IMG/VR virus record: IMGVR_UViG_3300022752_000016
Source of the DNA: a virus
Lineage: Duplodnaviria > Caudoviricetes
Strand: one strand, 5' to 3'
DNA length: 64,000 nt
Below the pieces are notes generated by a model. It saw only the letters and a program-made list of their open reading frames with translations, was not told the DNA's origin and ran no database searches. This document shows positions 57,399 to 64,000 of this stretch, in pieces. The position numbers and the translations under genes were made by a program. Within the stretch, counting starts at the first letter, position 1. Each line of letters opens with the position of its first letter.

Positions 57399-58234
57399 CA
57401 GAGAAAATATTAATAATGGGACTACCAGGTTCGGGTAAAACATATTTTGCAGAACGTTTAAAAAAATATTTAGAGATAAATGGAGAAAAGTCTTTATCCA
57501 AAATTGATTCGGATCGCCCTTATCCAATGCTTAATGTAAAAGTAGATTGGTTTAACGCAGATGATATACGTAAAAAATTTAATGATTGGGACTTTAGTAA
57601 AGAAGGTAGAATCCGTCAAAGTTTGCGTATGGCAGAATTTGCAATTCGTTGTAATGGGGAATATGTAATTTGTGATTTTGTTGCTCCTTTACCTGAAATG
57701 AGAAATAATTTTAAAGCTGATTGGACCATATGGATGGATACAATTGATAAAGGTCGGTATAAAGATACGAACAAAGCATTTGTGCCCCCTGACATTTATG
57801 ATTTTCGAATTAATGAACAAAATTGTGAACGTTGGGTACCTTATGTTGGTGAAATGATTATTAGGAAAAAGCGTAGACCAATCTTTGATTGGCGTAAAGA
57901 AACAGTGCAAATGTTAGGTCGTTGGCAACCATGGCATCTTGGGCATCGTGCTTTGTTTGAACGCTTGCTAAGTAAGACAGGACAAGTTATAATACAAATA
58001 CGTGATGTACAAGGATGGCAAAATAGTAACCCGTTTAGTGTTGAAGAAGTTAAAAATTATATAAAACGTGATTTAGATCCATTATATCAAGGTCAATATG
58101 AGATTATGTTAGTTCCAAATATTGTACACATTGGTTGGGGCCGGGGAGTAGGATATACAAGTGGAGAAGAACTTTTTGATGAAGAAATAACAAAAATAAG
58201 TGCAACAGAAATAAGGAAACAACTTGGTTTATAG
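57395..58234 (+). CDS. Adenylyl-sulfate kinase-like P-loop domain fused to an HxGH nucleotidyltransferase
   Basis: 'ILIMGLPGSGKT', 'NADDIR', 'DFSKEGRIRQ', 'ICDFVAP' (CysC-like); C-terminal 'LGRWQPWHLGH...SATEIR'. Confidence 0.8.
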   Translation: MTEKILIMGLPGSGKTYFAERLKKYLEINGEKSLSKIDSDRPYPMLNVKVDWFNADDIRKKFNDWDFSKEGRIRQSLRMAEFAIRCNGEYVICDFVAPLPEMRNNFKADWTIWMDTIDKGRYKDTNKAFVPPDIYDFRINEQNCERWVPYVGEMIIRKKRRPIFDWRKETVQMLGRWQPWHLGHRALFERLLSKTGQVIIQIRDVQGWQNSNPFSVEEVKNYIKRDLDPLYQGQYEIMLVPNIVHIGWGRGVGYTSGEELFDEEITKISATEIRKQLGL

Positions 58235-58235
58235 T

Positions 58236-58910
58236 ATGTGGGAAAATATAAAATTACCATTGGTAATACTTTCTAGTCCAAGATCTGGTTCTACTGTTTT
58301 ACTAGACACTATTCGTAATTATTTAAATGACAATAATGTAAATTTTACAGACATAGGCAGTGAACCAATTACACATGAAGATCGGTCTTTTGAACGTTAT
58401 GAAAAATTAAACCACAATTTAACAACAAATAATTTCATTTGTAAACTTCATGTTTTTCAACTTAAAACAATTTATCCAATGTTTTTTTTTGATAATATAC
58501 TTCAAGGAAAATACTTTTTAATAAGGATTAGGAGAAAAAATATTGCAGAACAATTAGTAAGTCTTTACATAAGTCATGTGTATGGAGAAAAAGAAATTTT
58601 CCAAAATTCAAAAGAATCAAATAAAAAATACATTGAAAATAAAAAAATTCCAATTGATAAATTTATTATGGAACAAGTAATAATACGTGGCATGCACCAT
58701 ATACATCTTTTAGAAAATTTTAATTGTAAATTTGATTTAGATTTATGGTACGAGGATATAATATTCAACTCAAAGAAGTATTACAAACCAAAACCTCCTA
58801 GTAATTATAAAGAATTAGTTGATAGAGTTAGTAACATTGTACAAGATAAAACTTTTGACTCGTTAATAAAAACTATAAAAGTTCATCCATTGACCCTTAA
58901 ATCGACATAA
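58236..58910 (+). CDS. Sulfotransferase-family protein (Stf0-like)
   Basis: 5'-PSB loop 'ILSSPRSGSTVL', 'CKLH', 3'-PB-like 'IRRKNIAEQLVSLY', 'WYEDI'. Confidence 0.7.
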   Translation: MWENIKLPLVILSSPRSGSTVLLDTIRNYLNDNNVNFTDIGSEPITHEDRSFERYEKLNHNLTTNNFICKLHVFQLKTIYPMFFFDNILQGKYFLIRIRRKNIAEQLVSLYISHVYGEKEIFQNSKESNKKYIENKKIPIDKFIMEQVIIRGMHHIHLLENFNCKFDLDLWYEDIIFNSKKYYKPKPPSNYKELVDRVSNIVQDKTFDSLIKTIKVHPLTLKST

Positions 58911-58913
58911 AAA

Positions 58914-59588
58914 ATGTTTACCAATTTAAAATTACCTATTGTTATACTTTCTAGTCCAAGATCTGGTTCTAATGTTCTTTATGATACTATTTGTAATTAT
59001 TTAAGTGATAATAAAATACACTATGTTGGTACAGGAGTTGAACCTTTATTATTTGATAATTATAATGATACAAAAAGTTTAAAAAAGTTTGATGAAATAA
59101 TAGCAACGAACAATTTTGTAACAAAAATTCATGCTATACATTTAAAAAAGTTATACCCTAATTATTTTGTACAAAATATTTTGCAAAAAAAATATACCAT
59201 TGTTAGGATAAGACGAAGAAATATAATTGAACAATTAATTAGTCTATACATTTGCACACTTATTGATATTATCAATAAAGGAGATGAACTTATTTGGTCA
59301 AACACTAAAAAAAGTAATAGATTGATTGAAGATAAAAAAATTCCCATTTATGAAGATGTTTTAAAAAAGGTTATAAATTATGGAATATTAGCAATAACAT
59401 ACTGTGAAAATTTTAATTACAATTTTGATTTAGACTTATATTATGAAGATTTATCGTTTAATTCAAAAAAACACTTTAAACCAACAAAAAAACCTAGTAA
59501 CTATGAAGAATTGCACACAATTTTTAGCGATCATTTAGCAAAAATTGATTTTAAACAGAACAACGATATATTAAATACCCTTTTATGA
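58914..59588 (+). CDS. Sulfotransferase-family protein, tandem paralog of 58236..58910
   Basis: 'ILSSPRSGSNVL', 'TKIH', 'IRRRNIIEQLISLY', 'YYEDL', 'KPSNYEEL'. Confidence 0.7.
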   Translation: MFTNLKLPIVILSSPRSGSNVLYDTICNYLSDNKIHYVGTGVEPLLFDNYNDTKSLKKFDEIIATNNFVTKIHAIHLKKLYPNYFVQNILQKKYTIVRIRRRNIIEQLISLYICTLIDIINKGDELIWSNTKKSNRLIEDKKIPIYEDVLKKVINYGILAITYCENFNYNFDLDLYYEDLSFNSKKHFKPTKKPSNYEELHTIFSDHLAKIDFKQNNDILNTLL

Positions 59589-59785
59589 TGAATTCAAAAG
59601 ATAATAGTATTATACTACGAATGTCGGAACTAATGAAACCTATTGATAAACAAATAATGATGACGAATGATGATAAAGAATTACTTATGCTGGCGTGTGC
59701 TATGTTACAACGTGTAACAGAAATATTTGATAACACATTAACAGTAACTGGAAGAAAAAAAATGTTTAGCGATTTGATTAAATAG
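59585..59785 (+). CDS. Hypothetical protein
   Basis: 66-aa ATGA-coupled ORF. Confidence 0.7.
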   Translation: MMNSKDNSIILRMSELMKPIDKQIMMTNDDKELLMLACAMLQRVTEIFDNTLTVTGRKKMFSDLIK

Positions 59786-59789
59786 TATT

Positions 59790-59858
59790 AGTGGTCTAAG
59801 GCATTCATCCCACTTTAAATATTCTGCATGTCATCAAACTTACTCAGCTTAAAGGAGG
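59790..59858 (+). promoter_or_regulatory. Candidate structured RNA leader (H-type pseudoknot, preQ1-I-like) upstream of queD
   Basis: P1 AGTGG(59790-94)/CCACT(59810-14); P2 GGCAT(59800-04)/ATGTC(59828-32); alternative CTTTAA(59813-18)/TTAAAG(59849-54) pairing covers the Shine-Dalgarno. Confidence 0.4.
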
Positions 59859-59864
59859 CAAGAG

Positions 59865-60335
59865 GTGGCAAAATTTATTTCAACAAAAACATATAACCAA
59901 ATCGGTCCAGTGGCATATCGTCAATGGCGTGCGGATAGTCATTGTAATTTGATACATGGATATGCATTGAGTTTTCATTTTGAATTTGAAAGTGAAACGC
60001 TTGATGCTAGAAACTGGGTAGTAGATTTTGGTAGTCTTAAACCTTTAAAAGGATTATTGGAAGAATGGTTCGATCATACGCTACTAGTAGCAGAAGATGA
60101 TCCTATGAAAAATGAATTATCTAGATTGGGAGAATTGGGACTAGCAAAAATTACAATGGTAGAACGAACAGGGTGTGAAGGTATTGCTGATTGGTTATAC
60201 GAATACATTAATACTTGTTGGTTAAAAGATTATGGGTATGATGAAAGAGTGTGGTGTTGTAAAGTGGAAGTAAGAGAGACTGATGCTAACATGGCAATGC
60301 GTGTTGGAAGTAGGTCAGATAATGAATTCGTTTAA
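59865..60335 (+). CDS. queD: 6-carboxy-5,6,7,8-tetrahydropterin synthase
   Basis: 'HCNLIHGY', 'WVVDFGSLK', 'FDHTLLV', 'GCEGIA', 'VEVRET..N.A'; GTG start with RBS AAGGAGG. Confidence 0.85.
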   Translation: MAKFISTKTYNQIGPVAYRQWRADSHCNLIHGYALSFHFEFESETLDARNWVVDFGSLKPLKGLLEEWFDHTLLVAEDDPMKNELSRLGELGLAKITMVERTGCEGIADWLYEYINTCWLKDYGYDERVWCCKVEVRETDANMAMRVGSRSDNEFV

Positions 60336-60346
60336 AAAGGAAACAA

Positions 60347-60718
60347 ATGAATAAAGTTTTATCAGACCAAAAGCAGTTTATGACAGCTTGTGGTCAAACA
60401 GTAGATACATATAATTTAGAGCAATTCAATTTGTATAAATCATTAATTGGAGAAGAAGTAGGTGAACTCATTCATGCTTGTCAACTAAATGACAGAGTAG
60501 AACAATTAGATGCACTTATTGATATTTTAGTTGTTACGGCAGGAGCAATACATAGTTTAGGGGTTGATGGTGAAGCTGCTTGGAACGAAGTTATGCGAAC
60601 AAATTTTGCAAAAGTTGACCCAGTTACTGGAAAAGTACGCCGTCGTGAAGATGGTAAAATTCTTAAACCTGATGGTTGGACACCACCACAACTACAATCA
60701 TTTGTAAAAAATATTTAA
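60347..60718 (+). CDS. MazG-like/HisE-like NTP pyrophosphohydrolase
   Basis: 'LIGEEVGEL...EQLDALIDILVV...WNEVMRTN..K...RREDGKILKPDGW'. Confidence 0.85.
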   Translation: MNKVLSDQKQFMTACGQTVDTYNLEQFNLYKSLIGEEVGELIHACQLNDRVEQLDALIDILVVTAGAIHSLGVDGEAAWNEVMRTNFAKVDPVTGKVRRREDGKILKPDGWTPPQLQSFVKNI

Positions 60719-60720
60719 TT

Positions 60721-61560
60721 ATGTCACAGTTAAAAGTAAGCGAACTATTCTATAGTATCCAAGGTGAGGGCCGATATATGGGTGTACCAAGTGTGTTCCT
60801 TCGTGTGTTTGGATGTAACTTTACATGTGGTGGATTTGGTATGCCACGAGGACAAACTAGTAATCAACGTAATGAAATTAAGGTAGAATTATTTAAAGAT
60901 TATAAAGAACTACCATTGGTATCTACTGGGTGTGATAGTTATGCAAGTTGGGATCCTAGGTTTAAACATCTTAGCCCAGTTCTTGATACAAATACAATCG
61001 TAACTAGTATACTAGATTTATTACCTACTGGGTATTGGCAAGGAGAACATTTAGTTATTACAGGTGGCGAACCATTGTTAGGTTGGCAACGTAATTATCC
61101 TGATTTACTAGGACATGATTTTATGGAACATTTAAGTGATATTACGTTTGAAACTAACGGTACGCAAAAATTAACAAATGTTTTTTATGATTATCTTAAG
61201 GATTGGTCAAAAAGTAAAAACGGTGAAGTAACATTTAGTGTAAGTGCAAAGTTACCAAACAGCGGTGAAAAGTGGGATGAAGCAATCAATCCAGATATAG
61301 TATGTCAATATCAAGAAGTTGGCTATACATATTTAAAATTTGTAGTAGCAACTGAAGATGATATTGAAGATGCCGAAAAAGCAGACAGCGAATTTAGAAA
61401 TGCAGGATTTGTTGGGCCCACTTATATTATGCCTGTTGGTGGTGTTGATAGTGTATATAATTTAAACGCAAAGAATGTAGCATTAGCAGCTATGAAACGA
61501 GGTTGGCGTTATAGTGATAGACTGCAAGTACTACTATTTAAAAACGAATGGGGAACATAA
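60721..61560 (+). CDS. queE: 7-carboxy-7-deazaguanine synthase (radical SAM)
   Basis: 'ELFYSIQGEG...GVPSVFLRVFGCNFTC...CDS', 'VITGGEPLL', 'FETNGT', 'SVSAKL', 'YLKFVV', 'IMPVG', 'SDRLQ'. Confidence 0.92.
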   Translation: MSQLKVSELFYSIQGEGRYMGVPSVFLRVFGCNFTCGGFGMPRGQTSNQRNEIKVELFKDYKELPLVSTGCDSYASWDPRFKHLSPVLDTNTIVTSILDLLPTGYWQGEHLVITGGEPLLGWQRNYPDLLGHDFMEHLSDITFETNGTQKLTNVFYDYLKDWSKSKNGEVTFSVSAKLPNSGEKWDEAINPDIVCQYQEVGYTYLKFVVATEDDIEDAEKADSEFRNAGFVGPTYIMPVGGVDSVYNLNAKNVALAAMKRGWRYSDRLQVLLFKNEWGT

Positions 61561-61742
61561 TGAAAACATATATAATTACTAGAAATCAATACGAAAAAAT
61601 TAAAGAGGTGTTTGAAATGTACGATACAATTGACTATGTAAAAATACATGAAGAAAGTACGTCTGGTATAGGACCAACAACAACATTAGAATTTAATCCA
61701 AGCTTTGTTAAAGTTGATATTACTGATGTTGAAAGTTGGTAA
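61560..61742 (+). CDS. Hypothetical protein
   Basis: TAATG-coupled start; 60 aa. Confidence 0.65.
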   Translation: MKTYIITRNQYEKIKEVFEMYDTIDYVKIHEESTSGIGPTTTLEFNPSFVKVDITDVESW

Positions 61743-61930
61743 TGTTAGTAGGAACTGACTATAAATTTTTATTATTTCCCAAACGCTGTAGTTTAACAAA
61801 CAAGTTATTATGGCTTTGTTATGCATATGAGCATATTCATTTATACACAGGACTTGGGGAACCTTTATTTGAATACAAATATTATGATAAGAAGCATTAT
61901 TTGGTAAATAAGTTAAAGGGTGTATTGTGA
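61742..61930 (+). CDS. Hypothetical protein
   Basis: TAATG-coupled start; 62 aa. Confidence 0.55.
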   Translation: MLVGTDYKFLLFPKRCSLTNKLLWLCYAYEHIHLYTGLGEPLFEYKYYDKKHYLVNKLKGVL

Positions 61931-63255
61931 GAACTTACGACAAACGGATTGGTTTCATTGTTAGTAGTCAAACACTAATCCCACATGGTGGTATAGGACA
62001 ATTTGCAAAAAGTTTTTGTGAGTTAATGAACGAACATAATATTAAAGTTGATATTATTACAGATAAAGAACCCAATGATAAAGACTTTGTAAAATCACTT
62101 AATACTAAAGTTATAACGCCGTCAGTGTCATTACCTTATACGAATCATAGTAATATTTTTATGTATGGAGATACATATTGCTATGAGCGTATGGCTAACT
62201 TTCGTAATGCTATTATACAGGCATTAGAAAATAATTTATATGACGCATTCATATGCAACACATATGAAAGTGTTCAAGTTGCAAGTACAATTGGTTTAGA
62301 GGATGTAATTAAAATTATAGCCTACACTCATTTGGAAAGTCAAATATTTAAGGATACTAAAAATCCCTTTTTAGCATCTACCAATCAAATGATGCGTATG
62401 CAACTTAAGTTGAATGGTATATACATAGGAACACAAAGTAAGTTCAATCAGTTAACCATTGGAGATAGTGCTTATCATTTACCTATTCCTATTACAGAAA
62501 AGAAATTACTTAATAAGTTTGATAATGCTAGGGAGGGTGTTTTGTTTATTGGACGCTGGGAAGAAGGCAAGAATCCTGAACTGTTTATTGAATTGATAGA
62601 GCAAACAAAACTCCCAGCAAAAGTAATGACAAGCCCAAATGGTGTTAAAAAGTTTGAAGATAGGTTAAAAAGGATTAATGCAAAGTATGAAATACGTGCT
62701 AGCATTATTGGACAGGAGAAAGTAGATTTTATTACAAGTGCTAGAATAGCTTTTAATCCTAGTATTGTTGAAAGTTATGGTATGGCTTTTTACGAACAAA
62801 TGATACAAATGCCTACTGTAGTATTAGAAAATCAAAGATGGACAAATAATTTTGATTCAAACTATTTCTATACGTGTAATAAAAAGAACATGGCAGAAAT
62901 AGTCATGGGGTTATACAAGAATGTGCCAACATCTGATGTTTGGTATAAAAATGGTATTATTGAAAAGTATCGTAGGATAGAAGATCAGGTGTTTCATAAA
63001 TGGAACAATTGCTTTAGTGATTTTAAATGTAGGGAATCAAACTCAACCACAGCTAAAATATGTAATGAAACTACAGTTAAACTATCAGATTATATTAGTA
63101 GCCTAAAAAGGAATTTAATTTGTATAGACGATATCCGTAGCGTATTAACTAATAAACATAAGTTTCGTATAATTTACACAGACAATGATACATATCTAAC
63201 GAAAGACCCTAGTTTTGAACCAACAGATACAGAGGATTTATTTGAAGGATTATGA
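61927..63255 (+). CDS. GT-B fold glycosyltransferase (GT4-like)
   Basis: 'PHGGIGQF', 'LFIGRWEEGKNPE', 'AFNPSIVESYGMAFYE'. Confidence 0.82.
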   Translation: MRTYDKRIGFIVSSQTLIPHGGIGQFAKSFCELMNEHNIKVDIITDKEPNDKDFVKSLNTKVITPSVSLPYTNHSNIFMYGDTYCYERMANFRNAIIQALENNLYDAFICNTYESVQVASTIGLEDVIKIIAYTHLESQIFKDTKNPFLASTNQMMRMQLKLNGIYIGTQSKFNQLTIGDSAYHLPIPITEKKLLNKFDNAREGVLFIGRWEEGKNPELFIELIEQTKLPAKVMTSPNGVKKFEDRLKRINAKYEIRASIIGQEKVDFITSARIAFNPSIVESYGMAFYEQMIQMPTVVLENQRWTNNFDSNYFYTCNKKNMAEIVMGLYKNVPTSDVWYKNGIIEKYRRIEDQVFHKWNNCFSDFKCRESNSTTAKICNETTVKLSDYISSLKRNLICIDDIRSVLTNKHKFRIIYTDNDTYLTKDPSFEPTDTEDLFEGL

Positions 63256-64000
63256 AGAAAATACTAATAACAGGAAATAGTGGTTATATTGGATCGCATC
63301 TTACCAAGCTACTAAGCAAAGATTATGAAGTACATGGATTAGATAAAAAAGATTTGATTGTACCAGTAAAAGAATTTTACAAATTAGATATTAACCGAAA
63401 ATTTGTATTGCCTATAGAATTTGATTGTGTAGTGCATTTAGCAGCATTGGTTAATGTGGGCGAAAGTGAAACCAATTCAATAAATTATTACATCACCAAT
63501 GTAAATGGTACAATGAATGTATTAGCAAACATTAAAACTAAAAACTTTATATTTTCTAGTACAGGAGCAGCGGAATTTTGTAAAAGTGCATATGGTGTAA
63601 CAAAACGATCAGCAGAATATATTATAAAAGAATATTGCACACTTCATTCACAAACTCCATATACTATTTTTAGATTTTATAATGTCATCGGTAATGATGG
63701 AATTAACCCAACAAATCCAGACGGATTATTTTATAATTTAATTAAAGCTAAAGATACAGGTACTTTTACTATATATGGCAAAGATTATGAAACACCTGAT
63801 GGCACTTGTTTACGTGACTATGTACATGTTAATGAAATTTGTCATGCAATTAAAACCGCAATAGAAAAACCAAGTAATAGTATTGAATGTCTTGGACATG
63901 GTGTAGGATACAGCGTTAAAGAAATTGTAAATAAATTTCAAATTGTAAATCAGTGTGATTTTGATATTAAATATGGACTAAGACGATTAGGTGATTTACC
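63252..64000 (+). CDS. NAD-dependent epimerase/dehydratase (GalE-like), 3'-truncated; not in the ORF track
   Basis: MKKILITGNSGYIGSHL (GxxGxxG), 'VVHLAALVNVGES', 'FSSTGA', YxxxK 'YGVTK', 'RFYNV', 'RDYVHV'; open to the window end. Confidence 0.88.
   Translation, partial: MKKILITGNSGYIGSHLTKLLSKDYEVHGLDKKDLIVPVKEFYKLDINRKFVLPIEFDCVVHLAALVNVGESETNSINYYITNVNGTMNVLANIKTKNFIFSSTGAAEFCKSAYGVTKRSAEYIIKEYCTLHSQTPYTIFRFYNVIGNDGINPTNPDGLFYNLIKAKDTGTFTIYGKDYETPDGTCLRDYVHVNEICHAIKTAIEKPSNSIECLGHGVGYSVKEIVNKFQIVNQCDFDIKYGLRRLGDL

Noticed and set aside
1803-62705. Many short antisense ORFs in the track (e.g. 10011, 11888, 25833, 30800, 33548, 37826, 40944, 48585, 57689, 62475)
   Set aside because: They lie wholly opposite well-supported genes, show complement-of-codon-bias composition (Ser/Phe/Leu-rich) and have no RBS.
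1-64000. Stop-codon reassignment (alternative genetic code) as in some large phages
   Set aside because: Conserved proteins (PolB, ClpA, sheath, FolE) are full length in code 11, and TAA, TGA and TAG all act as real stops at gene boundaries.
1-64000. tRNA, rRNA or tmRNA genes
   Set aside because: Intergenic gaps are short and I found no cloverleaf with T-loop GTTCRA and D-loop signatures; a tRNAscan run would be the definitive check.
51552-64000. queC/gat-queC (preQ0 or G+ pathway)
   Set aside because: No SGGxDS PP-loop protein was found in the window; it may lie downstream, so its absence is provisional.

Overview
A strongly AT-rich, gene-dense 64-kb segment of a large T4-like myophage genome (Caudoviricetes; uncultured environmental large/jumbo-phage style). 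It is read in the standard genetic code and is almost all on the + strand. 1-24 kb is virion morphogenesis: neck protein, 1199-aa tail sheath, two tube-like proteins, head-completion nuclease, probable small terminase, a charged multi-module head protein, a 1865-aa Gly-X-Gln collagen-like fibre with an S74 chaperone, GH19 lysin and baseplate/tail proteins. 24-36 kb holds host-like chaperone and stress genes (GroES, YccA/BI-1, PhoH, DnaJ, ClpA), the clamp loader and a holin. 36-44 kb is a late cluster of probable capsid-internal (injected) proteins. It includes a 1019-aa mosaic polyprotein whose modules are joined by a repeated 18-bp element encoding GVAEG, with an ADP-ribosyltransferase-like module, plus Dps. 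44-51 kb is replication: a miniature DnaE, DsbA-like protein, PolB and clamp. 51-64 kb is a 7-deazaguanine DNA-modification locus (TGT/DpdA-like, two QueD-fold proteins, FolE, QueE; no QueC in the window) interleaved with glycosyltransferases, an APS-kinase/nucleotidyltransferase fusion and two sulfotransferases, with a riboswitch-like pseudoknot in front of queD. No tRNA, rRNA, CRISPR array or transposon was recognised. All family assignments come from motif recognition by eye, not database searches.
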